This document shows positions 22,623 to 33,160 of a stretch of 64,000 bases of DNA, one piece after another. The stretch is taken from positions 736,001-800,000 of the forward strand of contig OZ223300.1 in NCBI GenBank assembly GCA_965140705.1, in the 5' to 3' direction. Position numbers and translations under genes: made by a program. The notes beneath the pieces were generated by a model. It was not told the DNA's origin and did no database searches. It saw only the letters and a program-made list of their open reading frames with translations. The stretch is from an uncultured Arcobacter sp. GTDB lineage: Bacteria > Campylobacterota > Campylobacteria > Campylobacterales > Arcobacteraceae. The number at the start of each line of letters is the position of its first letter. Positions within the stretch are counted from its first letter, which is position 1.

Positions 22623-23190
22623 TAATTTTGTAGCGAAAGAGGGAAGAGTATATATTTATATCTCTTTTGCTATTTTTGTATTTTCATATTTATTTATATG
22701 TGATACATTAGCTTTTATAACTTTTTTTATAACACTATTTCTAATATTTATTTATAGAAATAATTTAAAGGTAAAAGTAAAAATTGATTCATTAGTTGCT
22801 CCAATAAGTGGTGAAGTTATTGCTATTGATAAAATTGATTCTAAAAATGTTGTATACATAAATGTTGGATTATTGGATTCTCATATATTAGTTGCTCCAA
22901 AAAATTCATTGTTTAAAGAAATATTTCATAAAAATGGACTTAATTTTTGTACAAATAGTTGCAAAGCAAATGAGTTAAATGAAAAAAGAGTATTGAGTTT
23001 TGATGATATTAAATTAGAATTGATATCTGGAAGATTTAATATTTCACACGAATTTATAAATCAAGCAAGTGTAAATCAATACGATAAAATAGGTATTTTT
23101 ATAGATGGTATTGTAAAAATTTATATTCCAGCTTCTTATAATTTAAATTTAAAATTTGGACAAAAAATAAAAGTAGGAGAAGTTTTATAA
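22615..23190 (+). CDS. Degenerate phosphatidylserine decarboxylase-like membrane protein
   Basis: N-terminal TM pair, LVAPISG, H.LVAP, GQKIKVGE; no evident GS self-cleavage motif. Confidence 0.65.
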   Translation: MINNFVAKEGRVYIYISFAIFVFSYLFICDTLAFITFFITLFLIFIYRNNLKVKVKIDSLVAPISGEVIAIDKIDSKNVVYINVGLLDSHILVAPKNSLFKEIFHKNGLNFCTNSCKANELNEKRVLSFDDIKLELISGRFNISHEFINQASVNQYDKIGIFIDGIVKIYIPASYNLNLKFGQKIKVGEVL

Positions 23191-23198
23191 ACTTTTCC

Positions 23199-23227
23199 TT
23201 GACAAATCTCATTTTATAAAATATAAT
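23199..23227 (+). promoter_or_regulatory. Consensus sigma70 promoter for the leader peptide and leuA
   Basis: TTGACA (23199-23204), 17 bp, TATAAT (23222-23227). Confidence 0.85.
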
Positions 23228-23255
23228 TATCTTCTAAATTTAATAGGAGAGCGTA

Positions 23256-23333
23256 ATGAAAAATATTAATTTTTTCAAAAATAATTTTACCAAAAGTACA
23301 AACTCTCAACTTCTCCTCAAAAACTTCCTCTAA
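23256..23333 (+). CDS. Putative leucine leader peptide MKNINFFKNNFTKSTNSQLLLKNFL
   Basis: AGGAG RBS, 25 codons, CTT-CTC-CTC and terminal CTC Leu codons, directly upstream of leuA. Confidence 0.7.
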   Translation: MKNINFFKNNFTKSTNSQLLLKNFL

Positions 23334-23424
23334 CATTTATTTTAAAAATACAAATTAATACCCGTACAAGTTTTTCTTTTATTTTAAAAAAGATATAATA
23401 TGCCCAATATACAAAGGTTACAAG

Positions 23425-24978
23425 ATGGATAAAAATAGAATTATAGTATTCGATACAACATTAAGAGATGGTGAACAAAGCCCTGGTTGTTCTATGAATA
23501 CAGATGAAAAGATTAAAGTTGCTTTGCAATTAGAGAAGTTAGGAGTTGATGTCATTGAAGCTGGTTTTGCAGCTGCAAGTCCTGGTGATTTTGATGCAGT
23601 TTCAAGAATAGCTGAAGTTGTTAAGAATTCAAGTATTTGTTCTTTGAGTAGAGCAATAGAGAATGATATTAAACAATCAGGATTGGCAGTTCAAAGAGCT
23701 GCAATGCATAGAATTCACACTTTTATTGCAACTTCGCCAATACATATGAAATATAAATTAAAAATGAGCGAAGAGGAAGTTATTAAAAGAGCAGTTCATG
23801 CAGTTGAATATGCAAGAACATTTGTTGATGATGTAGAATTTTCTTTAGAAGATGCAGGAAGAAGTGAAATCTCTTTTATGAAAGAGGTTATGGATGCAGT
23901 TATTGCAGCAGGGGCAAGTACAATCAACTTACCAGATACTGTAGGATATAGATTACCTACAGAATTAGGTGCAATGGTAAAAGAATTAAGTGATTTTGCA
24001 GGTGAGCGAGCAATTATTTCAGTTCATAATCACAATGATTTAGGATTGGCAACAGCTAATACCTTATCTGCTGTTTTAAATGGTGCTAGACAAATAGAAG
24101 TTACTGTTAATGGTTTGGGTGAGAGAGCAGGGAATTCTGCATTAGAAGAGGCTGTAATGGCTATTAAAACTAGAAAAGATGCTTTTGGTGATTTATATAC
24201 TAATATAAATACAAAAGAAATATATCCATCGTCTAGATTAGTAGCAACAATAACAGGTGTTGAACCACAACAAAATAAAGCTATTGTTGGTAAAAATGCA
24301 TTTGCACATGAGAGTGGAATTCACCAAGATGGTATGTTAAAAAATCAAGAAACCTATGAAATTATGAAGCCTGAAGATATCGGTGTTTATAAAGACTCTA
24401 ATTTGATTTTAGGAAAACATAGTGGTCGTGCAGCATTTAGAGATAAAATAGAGCACTTAGGATTTGATAAAATTTCTGATGAAGAGTTAAATACTGCCTT
24501 TGAAAAATTTAAAGCTTTAGCTGATAAGAAAAAAGATGTTACTGATGATGATATTAGAATGTTAGTTACAGATGAGGCGTTAAATCATGATAAAACTTAT
24601 GAATTAGTTGGTTTACAAATTTCTGATTGTTCAGCAGGAACTCCAATGGCATCTGTATCAATCAAACATAAAGATGAAGTTATGATTGAAGCAAATATTG
24701 GTAATGGTACAATGGATGCGATTTTTAAAACTATTGATAGACTTACAGGTTATAGTGGTGAGTTACAAAGTTATAATGTAACTTCAGTTACTGAAGGTAA
24801 AGATGCTTTGGCAAAAGTAACTACAAGAGTTGTTTTTGATGAATCTTCACCATCATTTGTAGGGCATGGTTTAAGTATTGATACTATGCTTGCAACTGCA
24901 AAAGCATACTTAGGTGCACTTAATTCATACCTTTCTCAAAAAGAGAGATTAGCTAAAAATAGTGAACACCAAATTTAA
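23425..24978 (+). CDS. leuA: 2-isopropylmalate synthase
   Basis: [33 protein letters not shown]-terminal regulatory domain. Confidence 0.97.
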   Translation: MDKNRIIVFDTTLRDGEQSPGCSMNTDEKIKVALQLEKLGVDVIEAGFAAASPGDFDAVSRIAEVVKNSSICSLSRAIENDIKQSGLAVQRAAMHRIHTFIATSPIHMKYKLKMSEEEVIKRAVHAVEYARTFVDDVEFSLEDAGRSEISFMKEVMDAVIAAGASTINLPDTVGYRLPTELGAMVKELSDFAGERAIISVHNHNDLGLATANTLSAVLNGARQIEVTVNGLGERAGNSALEEAVMAIKTRKDAFGDLYTNINTKEIYPSSRLVATITGVEPQQNKAIVGKNAFAHESGIHQDGMLKNQETYEIMKPEDIGVYKDSNLILGKHSGRAAFRDKIEHLGFDKISDEELNTAFEKFKALADKKKDVTDDDIRMLVTDEALNHDKTYELVGLQISDCSAGTPMASVSIKHKDEVMIEANIGNGTMDAIFKTIDRLTGYSGELQSYNVTSVTEGKDALAKVTTRVVFDESSPSFVGHGLSIDTMLATAKAYLGALNSYLSQKERLAKNSEHQI

Positions 24979-25003
24979 TATAAGAGATTAATCTCTTATA
25001 TTA
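24976..25003 (+). terminator. Terminator hairpin after leuA
   Basis: TAATATAAGAGA-TTAA-TCTCTTATATTA followed by T-rich tract. Confidence 0.7.
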
Positions 25004-25093
25004 TTTCTTCTTTATAATTATCCTTTTAAAACTTTTATTTTATTTTATTTCGCTAATATAATATAAACTTAATAAAAAGGTGCGCTTTAAACT

Positions 25094-27085
25094 ATGATGC
25101 AGTTTAACTTTTTCTTAAAATTATTAAAGGATTCATTTAGGGATCTTCTTCCAATAATTTTAGTAATTTTATTTTTTCAACTAGCAATTTTACAAACAAT
25201 ACCACCAGGATGGATATCTACAACTATTGGTTTGATTATTGTAGGTGTTGGACTTGCAATTTTTTTACAAGGTTTGGAAATAGGTATATTTCCAGTTGGG
25301 GAAAGCCTTGCTAGAGATTTTGCAAAATCTGGATGGACAATCTGGATTTTGATATTTGGATTTATGATAGGTTTTGGTACAACTATTGCAGAACCAGCTC
25401 TTGCAGTTATTGCAGATAAGGCAGCATCAATTTCTAGTGGTAGAATTGATGCTTCAGTTCTACGGTTTGTTGTTGCAGGTTCTGTTGGTTTTGCTATTTT
25501 ACTTGGTGTTTATAGAATAATAAAAGGTCATCCAATTCACTATTACATAATAGTAGGATATCTTTTTGTTGTAAGTATTACCTTTTTTGCTCCAAAGGAG
25601 ATTATTGGGCTTGCATATGACTTAGGAGGAGTTACAACTTCTACTGTGACTGTTCCTTTAGTTGCCGCCCTTGGTATTGGATTAGCTTCAAATATAAAAG
25701 GACGAAATCCTGTAATTGATGGCTTTGGACTTATTGCCTTTGCTTCACTCACTCCTATGATTTTTGTTCAAATTTACGGGATAGCTGTTTACTCTTTAGT
25801 TGATCCAAAAGATGTGGCAGAAATCGCAATTAATCCAATTATCTCTTCGCCAAAAGATATAACAGTAAATTCAGTAATTATGGGAATAATTGCAGTTATA
25901 AAAGATGTAACGCCAATATTACTTATTATTTTGTTTTTCCAATATGGAGTATTGAAAAAAAGCATTCAAAATATAAAAACTGTATTTTTAGGATTTGTTC
26001 TTGTTATTATTGGTTTATATGCATTTATATTAGGGCTAGAATTAGGATTATTTACCCTTGGTGAAACTATGGCTTATGAATTGACAAAAGGCAAGTCTGT
26101 ATTAGTAATTTATGCATTTTCTTTTGCAATTGGATTTTCTACAACTATGGCAGAACCTGCACTTATGGCTATTGCAAAAAAAGCAAAAGAGATTAGTGAT
26201 GGTAGAATAAATGACTTTGCACTAAGACTGTTTGTTGCCCTTGGAGTTGCTATTGGTATTGCTTTGGGTGCATTTAGAATAGTTGATGGTGGGCATATTC
26301 ATTATTACATTATTGTAGGATATATTGTTGTTATAATTTTAACTTTTATAGCACCTAAATATATTATTCCTATAGCATATGATAGTGGTGGAGTTACAAC
26401 TTCTACAGTAACAGTTCCACTAGTTGCAGCACTTGGAATTGGTCTTGCTACAAATATTCCAGGAAGAAGTCCACTTATTGATGGATTTGGACTTATTGCT
26501 TTTGCTTCACTATTTCCTATGATTACGGTTATGCTTTATGGGGTATTAACTGAAAAACTTGGGGTTAAATCTGATACTCAAATTGAAGCTGAAAATATCT
26601 TACGTGATAATTTAGTTGATGCTGAAAATATGGATTTAGCAACTGTAAATATTGATGGAAGTAATAGAAGACACTCTTTACCTATGGATTTTTATGCTGT
26701 TGTAATAATAGTGCCAAAAGATAAAAAAATAGATGCAATTCAAGCGGCTAGTAAAGCTGGGGCAAATGGAGTTACAGTTCTTAGAGCAGATGGTATGGGA
26801 CTTGGGAAAATGCACAATTTCTATAGAACATCTTTTGAAGCAAATGATTCTTTACTTCTATTTTTATTGCCAAAGGCTAGGGTAAATCCTGTGATAAAAG
26901 CAATTATTCATTCCCTTCACATAACAACAGAAGGGAAGGGTATTGCTTTTGCTTTTCCTTTAACACATATGAAAGGAATTAGTTTAAGTAGACATGATAT
27001 TTTCCAAAATAGAAAAGATAGAAAAGATGAAAATGAAGAAAATAATGAAGAAGAATTAAAAAAAGAAGATGAAAGTAATAAATAA
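25094..27085 (+). CDS. Tandem DUF1538 membrane domains fused to a P-II-like domain
   Basis: Duplicated AEPAL and GGVTTSTVTVP...DGFGLIAFASL; C-terminal AGANGVTVLRADGMG...GKGIAF. Confidence 0.8.
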   Translation: MMQFNFFLKLLKDSFRDLLPIILVILFFQLAILQTIPPGWISTTIGLIIVGVGLAIFLQGLEIGIFPVGESLARDFAKSGWTIWILIFGFMIGFGTTIAEPALAVIADKAASISSGRIDASVLRFVVAGSVGFAILLGVYRIIKGHPIHYYIIVGYLFVVSITFFAPKEIIGLAYDLGGVTTSTVTVPLVAALGIGLASNIKGRNPVIDGFGLIAFASLTPMIFVQIYGIAVYSLVDPKDVAEIAINPIISSPKDITVNSVIMGIIAVIKDVTPILLIILFFQYGVLKKSIQNIKTVFLGFVLVIIGLYAFILGLELGLFTLGETMAYELTKGKSVLVIYAFSFAIGFSTTMAEPALMAIAKKAKEISDGRINDFALRLFVALGVAIGIALGAFRIVDGGHIHYYIIVGYIVVIILTFIAPKYIIPIAYDSGGVTTSTVTVPLVAALGIGLATNIPGRSPLIDGFGLIAFASLFPMITVMLYGVLTEKLGVKSDTQIEAENILRDNLVDAENMDLATVNIDGSNRRHSLPMDFYAVVIIVPKDKKIDAIQAASKAGANGVTVLRADGMGLGKMHNFYRTSFEANDSLLLFLLPKARVNPVIKAIIHSLHITTEGKGIAFAFPLTHMKGISLSRHDIFQNRKDRKDENEENNEEELKKEDESNK

Positions 27086-27404
27086 TTTAGAAGATATAAA
27101 AGAGAAGATAAGCTCGAAAGAAGCCCTAATTATATACTTCTCTTCTAAAAATTGTTCAGTGTGTAAAGTATTAAAACCAAAGATAGAAAAAGAAATTTCA
27201 ACTTATTTCGATAAAATTAGTCTTTTCGAAATAAAAATTGAACAAAGCTTAGATATAAGTTCTTATTTTACAATATTTCAAGCTCCTACAATTTTATTTT
27301 ACCTTGATGGAAAAGAGTTTTTAAGAGAAGGAAAAAATATAAGCATAAGTGCTTTTATCAATGCAATAAAAAGACCTTATGAGATGTTTTATGGAGAAGA
27401 ATAA
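27069..27404 (+). CDS. Thioredoxin family protein
   Basis: CSVC motif, FQAPT cis-Pro region. Confidence 0.85.
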   Translation: MKVINNLEDIKEKISSKEALIIYFSSKNCSVCKVLKPKIEKEISTYFDKISLFEIKIEQSLDISSYFTIFQAPTILFYLDGKEFLREGKNISISAFINAIKRPYEMFYGEE

Positions 27405-27824
27405 ATGAAAATTACTATTATAATATTTTTTGTAGTATTACTTTTAATGCAAGCAATACAAATAGATAAAACAAACCCTGTTATTGATAAATCATTAGAA
27501 ATTCAAGCACCAAAAGAGGTTAAAGTTTTACTTAAAAATGCTTGTTATGATTGCCATTCAAATGAGACTATTTGGCCTTGGTATAGTTCAATTGCACCTG
27601 GATCTTGGATAATAGAAGGACATGTAGTTGATGGAAGAAAAGCATTAGATTTTAGTACTTGGGCAAATTATACAAAAGAAGAAAAAAAGAAAAAACTTAA
27701 AGAAATCTATAGAACAGCATATGCTGTTATGCCTTTGGCTAGTTACACTTGGATACATAAAGAAGCTAATTTAACAAAAGAACAAAGGGAATTGATAAGA
27801 GAATGGACAGGGGTTAGACGATAG
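27405..27824 (+). CDS. Heme-binding domain (cytochrome c-like) protein
   Basis: N-terminal anchor, ACYDCHSNET.WPWYS, MPLASY. Confidence 0.88.
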   Translation: MKITIIIFFVVLLLMQAIQIDKTNPVIDKSLEIQAPKEVKVLLKNACYDCHSNETIWPWYSSIAPGSWIIEGHVVDGRKALDFSTWANYTKEEKKKKLKEIYRTAYAVMPLASYTWIHKEANLTKEQRELIREWTGVRR

Positions 27825-30787
27825 TGGTAAACGCTGAGCTTAATGAACTTTTACAAGACAAAAAAGAACTTCTAACAATTACTTATTTTAAACTTCAAAA
27901 AAAATTTGAAGAAAAATATGGAACAAATACCGTAGTTCTTATGGAAATAGGGACATTTTTTGAAGTTTATGAAGTAAATAATGAAGAAGAACAAATAGGT
28001 AAAGCAAAAGAGATTGCTGAGCTTTTAAATATACAATTGACAAGAAAAAACAAGGCTATTTTAGAAAACTCTAAAGAGAATCCAATTATGGCAGGTGTCC
28101 CTGCAATTTCACTAGAAAAACATCTTGCTAGAATAATTGGAGAACAAAAATACACAGTTGTATTAATAAGACAAAAAGGTCTTCCTCCTAAAGTTAGCAG
28201 GTATATTGATACAGTTGTAAGTCCTGGGACAAACTTTGATTTTGTAATTGATCAAGATGAAAATAATATTACTTCACTTACAATAGATTGTAATAAGGGA
28301 ATCTTTTCTGTTGGGTATAGTGCTATTGATGTTACAACTGGAAAATGTTATTACAATGAAGTTCATGGAACAAGCGAAGATAAAAACTTTGCCCTTGATG
28401 AGTGTTTTAATTATATGAATATGCACAAAACAAATGAGGTAGTTATCTCCTTTTGTGATAAAGCAATAAATCAAAAAGAGATAATAGAGTACCTTGAATT
28501 ATCTCACAAAACTTTTCATATAAGTTCATTTAGACCAAAAATTGTTTATCAAAATGAGTTATTTAAAAATGTATTCAATATAGAATCGCTTCTAACCTCA
28601 ATAGAACATCTTGATATGGAAAGAGTTCCTTTAGCTACTGAATCATTAGCAGTATTGATTGATTTTGTAATTGGGCATGATGCTAAAATTATTCAAAAAT
28701 TATCTTTCCCTCAAAAGCTAGATATTAGCAGATATATCTATCTTGGAAATAATGCCTTAGAACAATTAAATATAATAGAGACTTCACATAATCCATCTTT
28801 GATAAAAATCATAAATAATACTTCAACTGCTATGGGGAAAAGACTTTTAAAAGAGAGACTTACTCATCCAGTAAAAGATGAAAAAGAGTTACTTAGACGA
28901 TATGCTTTATCAAAAGAGTTATATGATTATCACACTCCAATTGAGAGTGAATTAGCAAATATTTATGATATAGAAAGATTAACTAGAAGAATTAAACTCT
29001 CTCGTCTTCATCCCTTTGAATTAAACTACTTATATGACTCACTTATTAGTATTAAAGAAGTAGTTACTTTTATGGAAAACTATAAATTCTTTACAGCACC
29101 TTGTACTTCTGCTGAGTTACAGATGTTTATTGATTCTATTGATTCAACTTTTGATTTATCAATTAGTGGTAAATATATGCTAAAAGATGTTGAAGCAAAT
29201 ATGATTTGTGAGGGAATCAATACAAAAATTGATGAACTTACAAATGAAAATAAAAAACTAATAGAGAAATTAGAGATATTGAGACTTCATATTTTGGGAT
29301 TTTTAAAATCAAATGATCAAAACTTCGTTAGTATTCAAAGACTTGATAAAGAAGGATTTTATCTAGGACTTACAAAAAGCAGATTTAATCTTATGAGAGA
29401 AGAACTTTTAAATTCACATTTAATAATTGATGATGAATTACTTTTATTTAAAGATTTTAAAATAAAAGTTCAAACAAATTCTGTAAAAATAACTTGCAAA
29501 CTAACAGAAGATATCTCTGATAAATATGTACATAATTTGCGAAAAATTATTGAGTTAAATAAACTTGTTTTTAAAGAAAAGCTCTTAGAATTTGAGAAAA
29601 AGTTTGCTATTTTACTAGAAGAGTTAGTTCAATTTATTGCTGAAATTGATTTAACAGTTTCAAATATAAAAACAGCTAAAAAACATAATTATTCACCTCC
29701 AAAAATAGTAAAAACAAAAGATAATGAGAGCTTTATTGAACTTATAGATTTAAGACATCCTATAATTGAACATGGAGAAGAACAGGGGATTTATGTACCT
29801 AATGATGTTATTTTAGGAGAGCTTAGTCTTGCAAGTGATGAATATAAAAATAATGTAATTATTAAAAACTCAAATCCAATAAATATGTTCAATAATAAAA
29901 TGCATGGTGTTTTACTTTATGGAATAAATTCAAGTGGAAAATCTTCACTTATGAAATCAATTGGTATTGCTGTAATTTTAGCCCAAGCCGGATTTTATGT
30001 ACCATGTAAATCAATGAGGTTTTCTATTTTTGATGCAGTATTTACAAGAATTTCAGGAGCTGATAATATTGCAAAAGGTTTATCTTCTTTTGCAGTTGAG
30101 ATGTTAGAACTTAAAAATATATTCAATAGAGCTACTAAGAATTCACTTGTACTTGGTGATGAGATAAGTCATAGTACTGAAACTATGAGTGGAGTTAGTA
30201 TTGTGGCGAGTGCCATATTAAAATTAGCAAAATTAGAATCAATTTTTATGTTTGCTACACACTTACATCAACTGCCTGAACTTCCAGAAATAGAAAAACT
30301 AAAAAACATAATATGTTTACACTTATCTGTTATGTATGAAGATAATGAAGACAAGCTTATATTTAATAGAAAACTTCAATATGGAAGTGGAAGTAGTATG
30401 TATGGTTTAGAGTATGCTAAATCACTTCATATGGATAAAGAGTTTCTTAGAATGGCAAATGATATAAGAAAAAAATTAACCGATGATTATGATCCAATTG
30501 AGAGAATTTCACAAAGAAAAACTTCAAAATACAATAAAGACCTTATTGTTTCTACTTGTGTAATATGTGGAAGAAGTGTTGATGATGTTCACCATATAAA
30601 AGAGCAAGCAAGGGCAAATAAAGATGGCTTTATAGGTCATGTAAATGCAAATCATAAATATAATTTAATACCACTTTGTAAAGAACACCATAAAATGGTA
30701 CATGAGGGTAAAATAAATGTAAATGGATTTATAGCTACTTCAAAAGGTTTGGAGTTACATTATACGATGTTGGATGAAGAAAAATAA
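27824..30787 (+). CDS. MutS-family protein with C-terminal HNH nuclease (MutS7-type)
   Basis: Mismatch-binding GTFFEVY, Walker A GINSSGKS, SSFAVEM, LGDE, FATH; C-terminal CVIC...HHI...N...NL..LCKEHH. Confidence 0.9.
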   Translation: MVNAELNELLQDKKELLTITYFKLQKKFEEKYGTNTVVLMEIGTFFEVYEVNNEEEQIGKAKEIAELLNIQLTRKNKAILENSKENPIMAGVPAISLEKHLARIIGEQKYTVVLIRQKGLPPKVSRYIDTVVSPGTNFDFVIDQDENNITSLTIDCNKGIFSVGYSAIDVTTGKCYYNEVHGTSEDKNFALDECFNYMNMHKTNEVVISFCDKAINQKEIIEYLELSHKTFHISSFRPKIVYQNELFKNVFNIESLLTSIEHLDMERVPLATESLAVLIDFVIGHDAKIIQKLSFPQKLDISRYIYLGNNALEQLNIIETSHNPSLIKIINNTSTAMGKRLLKERLTHPVKDEKELLRRYALSKELYDYHTPIESELANIYDIERLTRRIKLSRLHPFELNYLYDSLISIKEVVTFMENYKFFTAPCTSAELQMFIDSIDSTFDLSISGKYMLKDVEANMICEGINTKIDELTNENKKLIEKLEILRLHILGFLKSNDQNFVSIQRLDKEGFYLGLTKSRFNLMREELLNSHLIIDDELLLFKDFKIKVQTNSVKITCKLTEDISDKYVHNLRKIIELNKLVFKEKLLEFEKKFAILLEELVQFIAEIDLTVSNIKTAKKHNYSPPKIVKTKDNESFIELIDLRHPIIEHGEEQGIYVPNDVILGELSLASDEYKNNVIIKNSNPINMFNNKMHGVLLYGINSSGKSSLMKSIGIAVILAQAGFYVPCKSMRFSIFDAVFTRISGADNIAKGLSSFAVEMLELKNIFNRATKNSLVLGDEISHSTETMSGVSIVASAILKLAKLESIFMFATHLHQLPELPEIEKLKNIICLHLSVMYEDNEDKLIFNRKLQYGSGSSMYGLEYAKSLHMDKEFLRMANDIRKKLTDDYDPIERISQRKTSKYNKDLIVSTCVICGRSVDDVHHIKEQARANKDGFIGHVNANHKYNLIPLCKEHHKMVHEGKINVNGFIATSKGLELHYTMLDEEK

Positions 30788-30813
30788 CATAGACTTTTAA
30801 GTCTATGTTATTT
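30782..30813. terminator. Bidirectional terminator between mutS and eat
   Basis: AAATAACATAGACTT / AAGTCTATGTTATTT inverted repeat between convergent genes. Confidence 0.75.
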
Positions 30814-30826
30814 GATTATAAATTTA

Positions 30827-32245
30827 TTATTCACTTAACTCATGAGTTAAGTCAGCTTCTGCAGCTTCAAGCATAGCAAACTCTTCTTCAGCTGTTTTTG
30901 CAACCAAATGGTTTTTACTATAGAAGAAGTAATATAAAGCACCAATTGCATATAAAACAAGAGTATAATTAAATGCTCTTGGGTCAAAAGCATAAACACC
31001 TGTTAGGGCAATGATAGATAATACAAAAGCAATACCAGAAGTTAGAACTCCACCAGGAGTTTTATAAGGTCTTGGCATATCTGGATTTTTAACTCTTAAT
31101 AAGATATGGCTAAATGCCATTAGTGCATATGAAATAGTTGCACCTACAACTGCCATAGCTAACATCAAATCACCTTCACCAGTTAGTGAAGCTAAGAATC
31201 CTAAAACACCTGGAACAATTAAAGCCCAAGTAGGAGTTTTCTTTTTACTTGTTAAAGATAAAAATTGTGGTAAGTAACCAGCTCTTGATAGGGCAAATAC
31301 TAATCTACTATAACCATATATGATAGAGAAAAATGAAGCAATTAAACCAGCTAAACCTAATACATTAACAATAGTTGCTAAGGTAGTATTCCCATTTACA
31401 TTTAAAGCATCTACTAATGGAACAGCACTTTTACCCATTGCATCAGCACCTGCAACACCTGCAAGTAAAAATACAACTAAAACTGCAGAGATAAGTAGGA
31501 AAATCATAGCTGCAATAATACCTTTTGGCACATCTTTTTCAGGATTTTTTGCTTCTTCAGCAGCTAATGGTACACCTTCAACTGCTAGAAATAACCACAT
31601 ACCAAAAGGTAAAGCAGCCCAAACACCATGCCAACCAAATGGTAAAAAGCTAGTAGCTCCAGCAACATCAGCAGAAGCTTTAATATCAAATAGATTTGAC
31701 ATATCAAAATTACCAATTAGAGCAAGAGCAGTAGCAATAATAGCAAATACAGCCAAAGCACTAATTACCATCATAGTTTTTAAAGCTTCCCCCGCACCAA
31801 ATAAGTGAATAGCAATAAATACTGCATAAAATAGTGCATAAACCAATGGTCCATTAATACCAAGTAAAGCCTCAACAGCAGAACCAATAAAAATAACAAT
31901 AGCGGCAGGTGCAATAGCATATTCTATTAAAATAGCAAGCCCAGTTAAATATCCACCAGCTGGTCCCATAACTTGTCGTGCAAAGCTATATCCACCACCA
32001 GCAGCTGGTATCGCAGCTGACATTTCAGCTAATGATAAAACTAAACAAAAATACATTACAGCCATTAAAGCAGCAGCAATAGCAAATCCACCCCAACCAG
32101 CTTCTGCAATACCAAAGTTCCATCCAGCAAAATCACCTGAAATAACATATGAAATACCAAGTCCAGCAAGCAACATCCAACCAGCTGTCCCCCTTTTTAA
32201 CTGTCTTTTCGCAAGATAGTCTTGATCAATTTTAGTTTTTCCCAT
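30827..32245 (-). CDS. eat: Ethanolamine permease (APC family)
   Basis: YVISGDFAGWNFG, WLFLAVEGVPLAAEE; downstream of eutBC. Confidence 0.92.
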   Translation of the reverse strand: MGKTKIDQDYLAKRQLKRGTAGWMLLAGLGISYVISGDFAGWNFGIAEAGWGGFAIAAALMAVMYFCLVLSLAEMSAAIPAAGGGYSFARQVMGPAGGYLTGLAILIEYAIAPAAIVIFIGSAVEALLGINGPLVYALFYAVFIAIHLFGAGEALKTMMVISALAVFAIIATALALIGNFDMSNLFDIKASADVAGATSFLPFGWHGVWAALPFGMWLFLAVEGVPLAAEEAKNPEKDVPKGIIAAMIFLLISAVLVVFLLAGVAGADAMGKSAVPLVDALNVNGNTTLATIVNVLGLAGLIASFFSIIYGYSRLVFALSRAGYLPQFLSLTSKKKTPTWALIVPGVLGFLASLTGEGDLMLAMAVVGATISYALMAFSHILLRVKNPDMPRPYKTPGGVLTSGIAFVLSIIALTGVYAFDPRAFNYTLVLYAIGALYYFFYSKNHLVAKTAEEEFAMLEAAEADLTHELSE

Positions 32246-32257
32246 TTCTCTTATCCT

Positions 32258-33160
32258 TTAGTTTAGAAGAAAGTTTTCTTCACTGTTAGTTAGTTCGATT
32301 TCGTCATTTGTTGTTCTATCTTTTAAATTCACACCCGATAATTCTAATCTTCGAGATTCTTTTAATAAATAAATTGTTTTTTTTACAGCCTCGGCATAAG
32401 ATAATCCATCTAATCGAACATTTGAGATACAATTTCTATTTGCATCTGTAAGGCCAACCTGTGCATCCCAGGTAAGATATAAACCAAGACTATCAGGGGA
32501 GCTTAACCCTGGTCTTTCTCCAATTAATACTAAAGTTGCTTTTGCATTTAATAACATACCAACTTCATCTCCAATAGCCACTCTTCCTTGTTGAACAACT
32601 GTGAAAGGTGTTATGCTCCATTCTTGTTTATCTTGTGATAGTGCTTGACATAATTTATCTATAAAATTAATGGCATTTTCTTTTATTGCTAAAGATGAAA
32701 GCCCATCTACAATAACAATTGCTAAATCATAAGGTCTAGATTCAACTGAAACTGTATCTTTTAGTATGTTGTGTGATTTTTGATTTAGTTTTCTTCCTAA
32801 ATCAGGTCTTTGTAGATATTCAATTCTATCTTTTGCTTCAGAGTGTAAAAGAATGGCTTTATGTCCTTTTTGTAGAAGCTCCTTGTTAGTTCTATTTGAA
32901 GTTACAATATTTACATTAAATGAAGTATTATCTATTTGTTCAAAGATATAATCCACATCTAAGGGTAAATGAACAGCATCTTGTGCTTGGGCATGGGCTA
33001 ATTGAAACTCTAAAAGATGCGAAGTTGGAAGACTAACTCCACTTCTTCCTAATCCAATTCTTGCATCTGTATACTCTCTTAGGACTGACCATGGGTTTTT
33101 TATAACATTTGATTTATTTGATGTTTCATTTATGATTTTATTTTCCATATTAGGCTCCAA
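32258..33160 (-). CDS. eutC: Ethanolamine ammonia-lyase small subunit
   Basis: TDARIGLGRSG, YLQRPDLGR, DGLSS, IGERPGLSSPDSLG, RNCISNV; true start may be the second Met. Confidence 0.95.
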   Translation of the reverse strand: MEPNMENKIINETSNKSNVIKNPWSVLREYTDARIGLGRSGVSLPTSHLLEFQLAHAQAQDAVHLPLDVDYIFEQIDNTSFNVNIVTSNRTNKELLQKGHKAILLHSEAKDRIEYLQRPDLGRKLNQKSHNILKDTVSVESRPYDLAIVIVDGLSSLAIKENAINFIDKLCQALSQDKQEWSITPFTVVQQGRVAIGDEVGMLLNAKATLVLIGERPGLSSPDSLGLYLTWDAQVGLTDANRNCISNVRLDGLSYAEAVKKTIYLLKESRRLELSGVNLKDRTTNDEIELTNSEENFLLN

